NCBI GenBank assembly: GCA_030615505.1
Contig: JAUWZD010000008.1
Location: 104 to 64,103 of the forward strand
Reading direction: 5' to 3'
DNA length: 64,000 nucleotides
Origin: Spirochaetales bacterium
Lineage (GTDB): Bacteria; Spirochaetota; Spirochaetia; SZUA-6; DRHE01
Part shown: one piece after another, positions 17,903-28,341 of the stretch
How the letters are laid out: each line of letters begins with the position of its first letter
How positions within the stretch are numbered: the stretch's first letter is position 1
Notes under the pieces: generated by a model
What the model was told of the DNA's origin: nothing
What the model saw: the letters and a program-made list of their open reading frames with translations, nothing else
The model's database searches: none
Made by a program: the position numbers and the translations under genes

Positions 17903-20422
17903 TTAAGGACTAAGATCAAAATAAGAAACAGGCTCTCCATCCCGGCTGTTTGCTAATACGGCCAGACGGGTGATCATCAGGTCAGTTTTCAGGGGGTCCG
18001 CTACACCCAATCTCTCTAAGAGGCGCAGTATATTCCCGGCTCCCTTCTCGGACTGTTTATAGCGTATTTCAATCCCCCCTGGAGTACAAGAGAATGAACG
18101 GACACCTGTTAAGGCATGGCTGCCGGTGTTATTCAAAGCTTCATGCACATTTTCTATTAGGCCGGTTCCGTTTTCATCCTTTATGAGAAAATCAGAACCC
18201 CAGTAGAGGGACATAAGAGAGGCTCTCTTCCCCCCTTCCCGCCTCGGATCAAAGGGCCGTACAGCCCTGATTTTAAAGCCCTCGGGCAGAGTCCGGTCTA
18301 ATCTGCGGCAGAACTCCTCTTCAGAATCATAATCCTGTACCACAATGGCGGCAATCTCCTCCTGAGAGGCAATGCCCAGGGACAGGGGATTGGCAAATTC
18401 CAATCTGGGCTTTGGATTAAAGCCTTGTGTGAATAGGGCCGAATACCCGGCGCGGAGGAAAGCCCGTTCAAAGATCTGCATCACATTCAGATGGCCCAGG
18501 AAAACAGCTCTTCCCAGCTTTGTAAAGGAAAAGAGAATTCTCTGGGCGTTCCCTGCCCATGATGGAAGCTTAAGTCCCGCCTCCTCCGCTTTCAGAGGAG
18601 CTATCCTATCCTTTACCCGCGAATCATTTCCGCATACCCCGCAGTTATGGGTACAGTCGGCAGAGCAGGCACAGGTGAGCTCCCCCTGCTGTGAAAGCTC
18701 ATACTCCTGCCTTAAGTACTTCAGGGTAACCCCCAGGCTCACAGATTCCCAGGGGAGCTTCTCAGCCGGCTCCCTCTCTCTGCAGATCTCTTCCTCAACA
18801 TTCCACTCAGCTTCCTTAAAAACACTTCGCCAGATATCCCACCGGATATACTCCTCCCATGCATCAAGCCTGGCGCCGCGGGTAAAGGCCCTGTGAACCA
18901 GATCCCCTGCCCTTTCGTCGCCCCGGGAGATCATGCCTTCGATCAGGGACAGGAAGGGAGAATGATAGATTATTTTAAATCCTCTGCCGCTGAGGCTGCG
19001 CTTAATGGACATGATCTTATCTAAAGCATCCCTCTCTGTAAGCTGAGGCGCCCACTGAAACGGTGTATGTGGTTTTGGAATAAAGGTCGTGATATTAACA
19101 TTCAGGCTCATGCCCGTTTCACTCTTGATCCGGGTTAAAAGATCAATGATCGGACCTGTCTCATCACGATCACCAATAACCGGTAGACCTACCATAAAGT
19201 AGAATTTGGCCAGCTTCCATCCCCTTCCGTGTGCCTCCCGAAGGATCTCCACCGTCCGTTCCAGGGGAGCCAATTTATTTATACCCCTCTGCCACTCTTC
19301 AAGTGGCGTTTCCACGGCAAAGGTCAGACCGCTCTTTCTTACACTGGAAAGCTCAGAGAGGAGATTTAAGGTGAGTGAATTGATCCTTAAGGATGGAAGG
19401 GGAAAAGAAACCCTGTGCTGCTCAAACCTCCTGTTAAGCGCTCCAACCAGATCACTAATGCCCGGATAATCACCTGTGGACAGGGATGAAAGTGTAATTT
19501 CACGGTAGCCGCAGCCGAATACCAGGTCTTCCGCTTCATGAAGAACGGCCTCGGGCTGTTTCAGTCGAAAAGGCCGGTAAAAAATGCCGGCAAGGCAGAA
19601 CCTGCAGCCATTAGGGCAGCCCCGCATCACTTCAACTACCCCATGATCCTGCACTGTGCGAATGTTAGGAACCGGAAAGGTCGGGTTCCAGGTGCGGTTG
19701 GCTCCTTTTGAAGCGCCGGTGTTGATACATTCAGTGGATTTCGATTTTGAATCTCCAAATTCGTTCCACACGGACCTTCTTGCAGTACCTGTTTTGCTCG
19801 CTGACCAGGCGGAAGGCTCTTCGAGGAGATATGCAAGCATGTCCTGCCGGTGGGCTCCCTTCCGCTTCATCTCTGCGAGTCTTGTAAACATCCGCTTCAG
19901 CCTGCCCTCCGCCTCTCCAATAAAAGTGACATCCACAAAAGGAGCGAGGGGAACGGGATTGGTCACTGCCGGACCTCCGGCCATAATGATCGGCTCATAC
20001 ATTACTCTATCCAGGCAGAACAGGCTAACCCCTCCCAGATCCAGGATATTGAGCAGGTTAGTAAGAGTGAGCTCATAGCCCACGGAGAAGCCAACAATAT
20101 CAAATCGATTCAGCGGTCTTCCCGTTTCCAGAGAATAGATTGGAAAGCCATGGGTTCGCAGCTCTGCCTCAAAATCCGGGGCGGGGGCGAATATCCGCTC
20201 ACAGTACACCCCATCCAGTGAATTGAGCAGCCTGTATAGCAGGAGAACGGACATATTGGACATACCGATCTCGTACAGGTCCGGGTAAGAAATTGCCACG
20301 TGAAGCAGGCCCTCGCCCTCCTTGTGGACAAGACCGTACTCCCCGCCTGTATATCTTCCCGGCTTTTCCACCCTGGTGAGGATATTTTTCAAGTCTCTTA
20401 ACGGATCCAGATGCTCTTTCAT
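17903..20422 (-). CDS. Radical SAM protein (TIGR03960-like) fused to a radical SAM-linked domain (TIGR03936-like)
   Basis: KPGRYTGGE, YPDLYEIGMSN, RGCPNGCRFC (CxxxCxxC), FIPKPHTPFQW; C-terminal FLGHL..FERA..FTQGFNPKP. Confidence 0.88.
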   Translation of the reverse strand: MKEHLDPLRDLKNILTRVEKPGRYTGGEYGLVHKEGEGLLHVAISYPDLYEIGMSNMSVLLLYRLLNSLDGVYCERIFAPAPDFEAELRTHGFPIYSLETGRPLNRFDIVGFSVGYELTLTNLLNILDLGGVSLFCLDRVMYEPIIMAGGPAVTNPVPLAPFVDVTFIGEAEGRLKRMFTRLAEMKRKGAHRQDMLAYLLEEPSAWSASKTGTARRSVWNEFGDSKSKSTECINTGASKGANRTWNPTFPVPNIRTVQDHGVVEVMRGCPNGCRFCLAGIFYRPFRLKQPEAVLHEAEDLVFGCGYREITLSSLSTGDYPGISDLVGALNRRFEQHRVSFPLPSLRINSLTLNLLSELSSVRKSGLTFAVETPLEEWQRGINKLAPLERTVEILREAHGRGWKLAKFYFMVGLPVIGDRDETGPIIDLLTRIKSETGMSLNVNITTFIPKPHTPFQWAPQLTERDALDKIMSIKRSLSGRGFKIIYHSPFLSLIEGMISRGDERAGDLVHRAFTRGARLDAWEEYIRWDIWRSVFKEAEWNVEEEICREREPAEKLPWESVSLGVTLKYLRQEYELSQQGELTCACSADCTHNCGVCGNDSRVKDRIAPLKAEEAGLKLPSWAGNAQRILFSFTKLGRAVFLGHLNVMQIFERAFLRAGYSALFTQGFNPKPRLEFANPLSLGIASQEEIAAIVVQDYDSEEEFCRRLDRTLPEGFKIRAVRPFDPRREGGKRASLMSLYWGSDFLIKDENGTGLIENVHEALNNTGSHALTGVRSFSCTPGGIEIRYKQSEKGAGNILRLLERLGVADPLKTDLMITRLAVLANSRDGEPVSYFDLSP

Positions 20423-20469
20423 AAGTTATCGCAATCAGAAAGCTGCCGGTCCAGGAGAAACAGGCGGAA

Positions 20470-21780
20470 TTAATGCCTGTAGCGCCGCATATAAATATTC
20501 AGAAGCAAGCCGATTCCTATCAGGGCCGTCCAGAGTGATGATCCGCCGTAAGAGAGAAAGAATAGAGGTATTCCGGTAATAGGCATTATGCCCATAGCCA
20601 TGCCTATATTCACCACCACATGAAAGAATATCATGCCCACGATCCCTGAGCCAATATAGAGAGCGTAGTCGTCCCGTGCAGTATAGGCAATACGCATGCC
20701 CCGGATCATAATGACCAGAAATAGAAAGAATATCAGCACTCCCCCGACATATCCCCACTCTTCGGCCAGAATGGAAAAAATGAAGTCCGTACTCTGTTGG
20801 GGAAGAAAGCGGTAGTGGCTCTGAGTTCCCTGCAGGAAACCCTTACCCCAGAATCCGCCTGAGCCTACGGCCGTCATGGACTGTATGATGTTCCAGCCGG
20901 CTCCCTGTGGATCCAGCCGGGGATCTAAAAAAATTATCAGGCGCATGATCTGGTAGTCTTTAAGCACCCTGGCAGCCAGGAGAGCTCCCACAGTACTGAC
21001 AAGTAAGAGCAAGGAGAAGTAGTGAATCCAGTAGAAATAGCGGCGCTTGAATCCGAAGGTGCCCCATGCAGATAAAAGGGTCATAAGCAGTAGAGCCAAT
21101 ATGTAGTATTTTAAGAAATCAAGATCAGTAACCAGACCTAAAAAGTTTATCCTGCCGACCAGAATCCATTTCGCAAATGCCGGAAGTGTGCTGAAAACTA
21201 CTATCAGAAAGCCCGCTGCGGCGATAAAAAAGATGTGCATTAACCTTGCTCCAGCCATAAACGTCATGACCAGAAAAATGGGGATATACACTAAGGCGGT
21301 TCCCATATCCGGTTGAAGCAGGATAAGGCCCATGGGAAGAAGCACAATCCCGAATCCCAGCAGAAAGCGGGGAAGCTCCCGTATACCCCTGCCGATCCCG
21401 GAGAGATATGAACCCAGGAAGAGAATAGTGATGATTTTGGCAAATTCTGAGGGTTGTATGCCAACCTCCCGGAAACCCAGCCAGGATCGTGCCCCATGCA
21501 CCTCCCGCCCAAATAAGGCTGTAATGATCAAAAGGAGGATACTAAACCCATACAGGTAAACAGACAATCCTCTAAGCCTGGTATAATTTATGAGAATAAC
21601 CACGGCCATCAGGATAAGCCCCGTACCGGCCCATACAATCTGTTTAATATACTCTGTGGAATACTGAACCCCTGTGGATGTGATCCCGCTGGAGTAGATA
21701 AACAGCACCCCAATCACTGTCAGAAGCAGGCTTGCCCCTAACAGGAGGAAGTCAAATCCGAACAGGGTAGCGCGCCTCAT
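20470..21780 (-). CDS. rodA: Rod shape-determining SEDS glycosyltransferase RodA
   Basis: GARSW, IQPSEFAK, QPDMGTA, TDFIFS..AEEWG, GIPLFFLSYGGS; downstream of mrdA. Confidence 0.95.
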   Translation of the reverse strand: MRRATLFGFDFLLLGASLLLTVIGVLFIYSSGITSTGVQYSTEYIKQIVWAGTGLILMAVVILINYTRLRGLSVYLYGFSILLLIITALFGREVHGARSWLGFREVGIQPSEFAKIITILFLGSYLSGIGRGIRELPRFLLGFGIVLLPMGLILLQPDMGTALVYIPIFLVMTFMAGARLMHIFFIAAAGFLIVVFSTLPAFAKWILVGRINFLGLVTDLDFLKYYILALLLMTLLSAWGTFGFKRRYFYWIHYFSLLLLVSTVGALLAARVLKDYQIMRLIIFLDPRLDPQGAGWNIIQSMTAVGSGGFWGKGFLQGTQSHYRFLPQQSTDFIFSILAEEWGYVGGVLIFFLFLVIMIRGMRIAYTARDDYALYIGSGIVGMIFFHVVVNIGMAMGIMPITGIPLFFLSYGGSSLWTALIGIGLLLNIYMRRYRH

Positions 21781-23696
21781 CGGTTAAGTCTTCCTGACTC
21801 GCTTCCCTGAACCGGTGTCTCGGACTGGTTCCTGAGCTGCTGTATGTACCACCAGGGCTTCATGGTCTCTACGGCTTCTTCATAGCTCTGATGAGCAAAC
21901 AGACCCTGAAAGATCACATTGGCGGCTTTGGGGGCCCACCACTCCCACTCATTCTCGGCTTCTATCATCACCGCAACCACCACCCTCTCTTCAGGGTTAT
22001 TTGTATGGTATGGGGCGTAAGCCACAAACCAGGAGTGCCACCTGTCTTCTAATCCCACCTCGCTGGTACCGGTTTTGCCGGCGATTTCAACAGCCTTTGT
22101 GGTGATCACCACCTTAGCTGTTCCCTCAGTAATAACTCCTCTCATGGCTTCCTGTAATGTCTTAAACGTATCCCTTCGAATGAAAGAGGTGTGCATCAGC
22201 TCCGGTGTGACGGCGGTAATGAGCTCGCCGGTTGCGGAGTCCCGTACCTCTTTTAATAAATGGGGGCGGTAAACCCTGCCATTATTCACAGCCATGGCCA
22301 CTAAGTTGGCCATCTGGATGGGGGATACGGTGAGAAAGCCCTGACCGATAGAGAGATTCAGGGTATCGCCTCCCAGCCATTTCATATGATGAATATTCTC
22401 CTTCCACTCCGGTGTAGGCACGAATCCGCTTGCCTCTCCGGGAAGGTCAATACCTGTAACCCGGCCAAGACCGAATTCTCTGGCATATGAGGAGATCCGC
22501 TCAACCCCGAGCTCATCCCCCAGCGTATAGAAATATACATCGCAGGACTGGGCAAGGCCTGAGTACAGATCCATGTACCCGTGGCCGGTTTTACGCTGCC
22601 AGCAGTAAAAAGTTCTGTCTCCATACTCGATCTTTCCCTTGCAGAATACCTCTCGGGTAATGGGGAAAACCTCTTCTTCCACTAAGGCTGTGGACATAAC
22701 GATTTTAAATGTAGAAGCAGGCGGATACACGGACTGAATGGCCCGATTGATAAAAGGAAAGCTTGGATCCAGGGAAAGCTCCCTAAATTTTTCCGAAGCC
22801 TTATCCGTAAAAAAGAGATTGAGATCAAAGTATGGGTAGGAAACTAAAGCCAGTATCTCACCGGTAGAGGGCTTAAGAACCACCGCCGAACCAATCCTTT
22901 GGCCTAAAGCCTTTTCGCAGAGAAGCTGGATCCTGCGATCAATGGTCAGTACCAGAATGTTCCCCGGTTTGGGAGGTATATCTTTCACCTGCTTCTGTTT
23001 TAAGAGCTTCTCCCGCACATCCACAATTCTATAGCGTTTCCCATCCTCACCCCGCAGCAATTGATCGTACTGTTTTTCAATCCCACTTTTTCCCAGTACC
23101 GAGCCGAAACCGTATCCCAGGTTGTAGAGCACCTGAATCTCTTCACGGGTAATATCTCCTACATATCCGATAACATGTGCCAGGGAGCCGGTTCCCAGGT
23201 AGCTGCGGATGGGCTTGTTATGCCAGCTGACTCCTTTATACTCTTCCAGGTGCTCAGCTAAATAGGCAATAGTTTCATAATGAATACCGCCCTTTACTTC
23301 TATGGGCTGATAGAGATGATAATACTTGGGAGGAACCCTCTTTTCGATCTCTTCCACAGACAAGCGCAGCACCTTAGAGAGCTTCTTAAAAATCTCATGT
23401 ATCTCCTCCTTCGGAACCTCCCCGGGGATAAGGTCTACTGCAAAGGAATCTTTATTTACTACCAGTGGCAAATCATAGTTCCGGTCAAAGATCTCCCCTC
23501 TCTGGGCGGGAATAGGGATAACTCGCCTGGCTACCTCCGTTGCGTAGAGCTTGAATTCCATCCCCCTGATCACCTGAAGATAAAAAAGATGGGAGATGAG
23601 AATCAGAAAAACCCCTGAAATTAGCACTGCCAGGCCTATGGTGCGGGCCTTTAATGAGGAGAGTTTCCGTATGCCGGACAGACCTTGCGAAGTCAA
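21777..23696 (-). CDS. mrdA: Penicillin-binding protein 2
   Basis: PAQRGEIFDR, SxxK (ASTFK), SCD, KTGT motifs; within the mre operon. Confidence 0.95.
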   Translation of the reverse strand: MTSQGLSGIRKLSSLKARTIGLAVLISGVFLILISHLFYLQVIRGMEFKLYATEVARRVIPIPAQRGEIFDRNYDLPLVVNKDSFAVDLIPGEVPKEEIHEIFKKLSKVLRLSVEEIEKRVPPKYYHLYQPIEVKGGIHYETIAYLAEHLEEYKGVSWHNKPIRSYLGTGSLAHVIGYVGDITREEIQVLYNLGYGFGSVLGKSGIEKQYDQLLRGEDGKRYRIVDVREKLLKQKQVKDIPPKPGNILVLTIDRRIQLLCEKALGQRIGSAVVLKPSTGEILALVSYPYFDLNLFFTDKASEKFRELSLDPSFPFINRAIQSVYPPASTFKIVMSTALVEEEVFPITREVFCKGKIEYGDRTFYCWQRKTGHGYMDLYSGLAQSCDVYFYTLGDELGVERISSYAREFGLGRVTGIDLPGEASGFVPTPEWKENIHHMKWLGGDTLNLSIGQGFLTVSPIQMANLVAMAVNNGRVYRPHLLKEVRDSATGELITAVTPELMHTSFIRRDTFKTLQEAMRGVITEGTAKVVITTKAVEIAGKTGTSEVGLEDRWHSWFVAYAPYHTNNPEERVVVAVMIEAENEWEWWAPKAANVIFQGLFAHQSYEEAVETMKPWWYIQQLRNQSETPVQGSESGRLNR

Positions 23697-24208
23697 AACT
23701 CCTCTCTCTCCCTGGGCTTTAAGGATTTAAAAAGATTTAAGATAGCAAAGAGAAAAGGAGCTAAAACGGCATTATAACCTATCTCAATCCATAGCCGGCC
23801 GCCGAATACTATGAAGCCTGCAGCCGGGATTGCAAAGATAGTAACCAGCAGGGATGAAATAATTCCCTTAATCAGTGTACCGACCACCACAAGAATTACA
23901 GGCATCAGGACCGGATCCACGAAAATGCTGCCCACTGTCAGGCCGTAGAGAAAGCCCAGGACGGTCCGATAAAATGCATGAAAGCCCAAAGGTGATAGAC
24001 TTAAGATATCCTGAATCAGACCGGATATAAATCCGGAGGTCTGGCCGGTCATACTCCCCTTGCGAATGGATATAAAGATCAGGATAATCAGGGCAATATC
24101 CGGCTTCACACCACGAAAGGCCGCCCACTTAAGGAGGGTACTCTGAATGATTACAGCCAGACCGAGGAGCAATGTTGATACTATAACCGGTTTTGTTGCT
24201 TTAGCCAT
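23693..24208 (-). CDS. mreD: Rod shape-determining protein MreD
   Basis: Hydrophobic; KPDIALI, GF..GL.QD; lies between mreC and mrdA. Confidence 0.9.
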   Translation of the reverse strand: MAKATKPVIVSTLLLGLAVIIQSTLLKWAAFRGVKPDIALIILIFISIRKGSMTGQTSGFISGLIQDILSLSPLGFHAFYRTVLGFLYGLTVGSIFVDPVLMPVILVVVGTLIKGIISSLLVTIFAIPAAGFIVFGGRLWIEIGYNAVLAPFLFAILNLFKSLKPREREEF

Positions 24209-25054
24209 TTATTCCCCGGTATCAAGAATAAAAAGATATTCAAGACGGGAAAAATCCACAATAGGCTCGATTTCCAGCTCCAGTGAGGCCTCATAGGCTT
24301 TGGCCTGCATCTCCCGCACACGGCCAATATGAATTCCTTTGGGAAAGAGCAGACCCATTCCGGAGGTAATAACCAGATCACCGTACTGGATATCCTCAAC
24401 TGCTGATTTTTTAATATAGCGCATTATCAGGCCGCCCATGTAATGCTGTCTGCCGTTCACTAATCCATCGTAGCGGGAGTTTTGGAGGCGGGCTGCCACG
24501 TAAGAGGATGGATCCGTAATGGGCTTGATGGTTGAGGTCCATAATCCTGCAAACACTATCTTTCCCACCAGTCCCTGAAGGCCTCCCTGGAAAGCCACCA
24601 CGGGCATCCCCCTCTTTACCCCGTGCATTGTGCCTTTATTGACCATTAGTGTGGAAAATTCATTTCCCGGATCCCTGGCAATTACTTCGGCAGGTATCTG
24701 TTTAAATGCTAAGGCTTTTGAAAACTTAAGCTGAACTTTAAGCTGGGTATTTTCCCTGTGCAGTTCAGCCGCATCCCGGGAAATGCGTTCATGCTCTAAA
24801 AGCTTCTCCCTGGCTTCATCCAGCTCCTGCCGCAGCTTCTTAAGCTCATTGATGGAATTCCATGTATTAACAAACCATGTAGAAATACTGTGAATGCTCA
24901 ACTGCAAAGTAGAGAGCAGGGACTGTCCCACCTCCCTGGGCTTTATCACCATATTTCGGTTTGAAAAGAGAATAAGGATTATACAAACTAAGAGCAGTAC
25001 CGTAAAGCTGACACCGGTTTTGCGTTTTTGGATATAACTGTGTATGCCTGTCAT
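24209..25054 (-). CDS. mreC: Rod shape-determining protein MreC
   Basis: N-terminal TM, coiled coil, NKG...GV..GMPV, GLVGK, VITSG.G..FPKGI.IG. Confidence 0.93.
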   Translation of the reverse strand: MTGIHSYIQKRKTGVSFTVLLLVCIILILFSNRNMVIKPREVGQSLLSTLQLSIHSISTWFVNTWNSINELKKLRQELDEAREKLLEHERISRDAAELHRENTQLKVQLKFSKALAFKQIPAEVIARDPGNEFSTLMVNKGTMHGVKRGMPVVAFQGGLQGLVGKIVFAGLWTSTIKPITDPSSYVAARLQNSRYDGLVNGRQHYMGGLIMRYIKKSAVEDIQYGDLVITSGMGLLFPKGIHIGRVREMQAKAYEASLELEIEPIVDFSRLEYLFILDTGE

Positions 25055-25066
25055 AGAGCAATACTA

Positions 25067-26101
25067 TCAGCTTCTAATATTATAATATTTCCTTCCCATA
25101 TCCTTTATACTTTCCAAGAATTTTCCCGCTCCCTGGGCAACACAGAGCAGTGGATTCTCTGCCAGAATAACAGGAACACCAGTTTCTTTAGACACCAGCT
25201 TGGGAAATCCCTTGAGCAGTGAGCCGCCTCCGGTCATTACGATTCCCCGCTCTACAATATCTGCTGCCAGCTCCGGGGGAGTCTGTCCTAAAGACTTTTT
25301 TATCTCGTCAATGACCTGTGTGGTAGGTTCATGCAGAGCCTCACGGATTTCAACCGAATCCATCTCTAAACGCCTGGGCAGCCCGGTAATGGCATCGGTT
25401 CCTTTCAGCTCCATTTTTTCGATCTTCTTCTCGGGAGAAGCGTTACCTATGGTAATCTTTACGTTTTCCGCTGTCTGCTCGCCAATAATGAGATTGTGGA
25501 TGTTCCGCACATGCTTGATCACAGCCTCATCGAACTCAACCCCCCCAATCCTTATGGCGTTGGAAACAACCACCCCTCCCAAGGATATCACGGAAATCTC
25601 GGTGGTTCCGCCGCCCACATCACAGATCATATGTCCGGCCGGCTCTAAGATGGGGATATTCGCCCCTATAGCTGCAGCCATGGTTTCTTCTATCAGATAC
25701 ACCTCCCGGGCTCCGGCCTGTTCAGCACTCTCCCGAACCGCTCTCTTCTCCACTTCCGTGATACAGTTGGGTATCCCGATGACAATCCTGGGCTTAACCA
25801 GCCACTTCCGGTTAATAACCCTGGAAATAAAGTAGCGGATCATCTTCTCTGTGGTCTCGAAATCCGCAATTACTCCGTCGCGCATGGGACGTATGGCGAT
25901 GATATCTCCCGGGGTCTTCCAGAGCATTCTTTTAGCTTCAGTGCCTACGGCTACAACACGTTTGGTTCCTCTCTCCACAGCAACGACGGAGGGCTCTGAA
26001 AGCACGATACCCTTTCCCTTAACATGCACCAGTGTATTGCAGGTACCTAGATCAATACCTATATCCGTAGAAAAGGATTCGAACAGCTTACCAAGCCACA
26101 T
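25067..26101 (-). CDS. mreB: Actin-like MreB
   Basis: [37 protein letters not shown]. Confidence 0.97.
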   Translation of the reverse strand: MWLGKLFESFSTDIGIDLGTCNTLVHVKGKGIVLSEPSVVAVERGTKRVVAVGTEAKRMLWKTPGDIIAIRPMRDGVIADFETTEKMIRYFISRVINRKWLVKPRIVIGIPNCITEVEKRAVRESAEQAGAREVYLIEETMAAAIGANIPILEPAGHMICDVGGGTTEISVISLGGVVVSNAIRIGGVEFDEAVIKHVRNIHNLIIGEQTAENVKITIGNASPEKKIEKMELKGTDAITGLPRRLEMDSVEIREALHEPTTQVIDEIKKSLGQTPPELAADIVERGIVMTGGGSLLKGFPKLVSKETGVPVILAENPLLCVAQGAGKFLESIKDMGRKYYNIRS

Positions 26102-26126
26102 GAACTTCCTCCGTGTTATTTACTAT

Positions 26127-27071
26127 TTATTTATAATACCGCAATTTGGCCCCGTAATATTCCGGGTCAATGATCAGAGTTTTTCGCCACTCAGCCCGGG
26201 CTTTAACCGAATCGTTCATACTCTGGTAAATCTCTCCCAGATAAAAGTGAGCATCTGCCGATCGCGGATCTATTTTTAAAATCTGCTGATATTCATTTTC
26301 AGCTTTAAAAAAATCCTTGTTCTCAAAGTACAACTGGCCTAAAAGAAAACGGCTTTTTTTGGTGACTGCCGGATCATCGGTTTTATTGATGGCCCGAATC
26401 AGATACTCTTCAGCCTCAGCCGTTCGCTTTAGCTCAAAGTAATTCTGTCCTACAGTCAAGAGTAGAAGATCCGTTGGATGTATCTCCACTGCCTTTATGA
26501 AGTATTCAAGCCCTTGCTCAATCATTCCAAGCTGATTGTAGGATAATCCCAGGTAATCGTAGATATCCACTCCCTCGTATCCCGCCGACAGAGCCTGTGT
26601 CAGGTATTCTATGGCCAGATCATAATAATACTTTCCTTTATGATAGTAGGCCTTACCCAGAACATAAGCGGTCTCTGATCTCCATGCTTCATCTTCTCTC
26701 AGTCTCGCCCTGCGCAGGCAAACGATCGCTTCTTCTATATTGGGAATTTTATCCTCCAGGGATATTTCTGAAGCAGATTTATAGAAATAAGAAAATCCTT
26801 TATACACTAAGGCAAAATAGTCCACAGGGTTGTTTTGCAGCGCCTCATTGCAGCGGATAATAATTTCATCGTACAGGCGATTGCTCCACAGTTCGTTTAA
26901 GGTAGCCCCCTGAACCTTTGGACGGGAGAAAAATTTCAGCCTTTCACCGCTTAACAAATACCATCCTGCTCCAAAAAGGACAAGGATACCTGCAAATATC
27001 AGGACTAAGAGCCATCCCCTTTTTTTTCTATTTCTTGATTTGTACCGGTATCTATCAACATTGATTAACAT
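26127..27071 (-). CDS. Membrane-anchored TPR protein
   Basis: Basic N-terminus, one TM, multiple TPRs; upstream of mreB. Confidence 0.85.
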   Translation of the reverse strand: MLINVDRYRYKSRNRKKRGWLLVLIFAGILVLFGAGWYLLSGERLKFFSRPKVQGATLNELWSNRLYDEIIIRCNEALQNNPVDYFALVYKGFSYFYKSASEISLEDKIPNIEEAIVCLRRARLREDEAWRSETAYVLGKAYYHKGKYYYDLAIEYLTQALSAGYEGVDIYDYLGLSYNQLGMIEQGLEYFIKAVEIHPTDLLLLTVGQNYFELKRTAEAEEYLIRAINKTDDPAVTKKSRFLLGQLYFENKDFFKAENEYQQILKIDPRSADAHFYLGEIYQSMNDSVKARAEWRKTLIIDPEYYGAKLRYYK

Positions 27072-27117
27072 GTATAAACATTTATACCTCTATAAGCAAA
27101 TCTGTAAAACTAAAAAA

Positions 27118-27508
27118 AGGCAGGTCGATAAGCCGGGTTCTGTCAAAGGCTTATAAGCCTAAGTGGCTGCCATCTATCTGTGCAATGCTGTTGCCAGCCT
27201 GCTTAAGCAGTCTACCCGCAGGGCTGTGGGCGAGCAACCCGCCTGCTGCTTGACTTTGCTCCTGAAGAGGTTTGCCGTGCCCTGTCCGTTGCCGGACAGG
27301 CGGTGAGCTCTTACCCCACCTTTTCACCCTTACCTTACGGCGGTATATTTTCTGTGGCACTTTCTGTCACCATAACCGCTTAACGGATACAGTGCCCGGG
27401 AATTACCCGGCATCATGCTCTACGGAGCCCGGACTTTCCTCTATCGGCCGTTCCCCCCGGGAAGAAATCCTGCCCGGGGGACCCCGACAGCGGCAGCCTG
27501 ACCTGCCT
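27118..27508 (-). ncRNA. rnpB: RNase P RNA (type A)
   Basis: GAGGAAAGTCCGGGCTC, GCCACAGAAA, GGGTGAAAAGGTGGGGTAAGAGC, GGCAAACC..GGAGCAA, ACAGAACCCGGCTTA; terminal P1 helix GGCAGGTC/GACCTGCC followed by a U-run. Confidence 0.96.
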
Positions 27509-27528
27509 ATTACATTGTCGGAAGTTTA

Positions 27529-28329
27529 TTATTCTTCCCCATCATCTTTATAATCGGATTCATCTTCGACCACTTCATCTATGGTGTTCAATTCCTCAAG
27601 ACCGTCGCCCTGTTCATCCTCTCCTAAATAGAAAATGATCCGGCTGCAGTTAGGGCAGAACATAATTCCGTCACCCCGTCGAACCACATTTACATACTCA
27701 GAGGTCAGGATCATGTGACATCCGGTACAAACTCCAGCTTCAACGGGTACAATACCCAATCCTGATTTGTTTTTAATTATACGTTCGAATTTGAACAGGA
27801 TTTCCTCATCCAAACCGGGAGTAATCTTTTTCTCTTCCCTTTTCAGGCTCTTAAGTTGTGTCTCCTTGGCCTTAATATCGACCTTAATTCGCTCCTGTTC
27901 CTCCTTAACCTCTTCTTCCTGCTGCTGGATCATCATTTCCTCTTTCTCAAGAGAAAGCTTCATCTCGTCCAGAAGCTCTTCTTCTTTCTGAAGATCTCTT
28001 CTTAATTCCTGTTCTTTTTCACCTGCATCCTTAATCTCTTTATCTAAAGCCTCATATTCCCGCTGAGTCTGAATAAGATCCATCTGCTTCTCAAAGCTTT
28101 CCCTTAGGCGCTCAGCTTCAATCGCTTTATTTCTTAAGTCATTTATATATCTTATTTTTTCCTCATGATCATCGCTTTTTTCCGTGTATGATTTCTTGAG
28201 CCTGTTAAGCAGCTCAACCTTGGTTGCCAGGGCCTGGGGGATCTCTTCCATTTCATTCTGTGTTTCGAATTTCCTGGAAAGAACATCCTGTAAAGCCCTA
28301 AGCTTTTCAAAGACCTTCTCCATCGTCAT
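27529..28329 (-). CDS. Coiled-coil protein with C4 zinc ribbon (CT398/HP0958/DUF164-like)
   Basis: Long coiled coil, REYEAL..EI, CTGCHM...CPNCSRI. Confidence 0.88.
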   Translation of the reverse strand: MTMEKVFEKLRALQDVLSRKFETQNEMEEIPQALATKVELLNRLKKSYTEKSDDHEEKIRYINDLRNKAIEAERLRESFEKQMDLIQTQREYEALDKEIKDAGEKEQELRRDLQKEEELLDEMKLSLEKEEMMIQQQEEEVKEEQERIKVDIKAKETQLKSLKREEKKITPGLDEEILFKFERIIKNKSGLGIVPVEAGVCTGCHMILTSEYVNVVRRGDGIMFCPNCSRIIFYLGEDEQGDGLEELNTIDEVVEDESDYKDDGEE

Positions 28330-28341
28330 AGTGTCAACCCC

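Noticed and set aside
27151..27553. ORFs 27151-27360 and 27272-27553
   Set aside because: They overlap the RNase P RNA gene and are spurious
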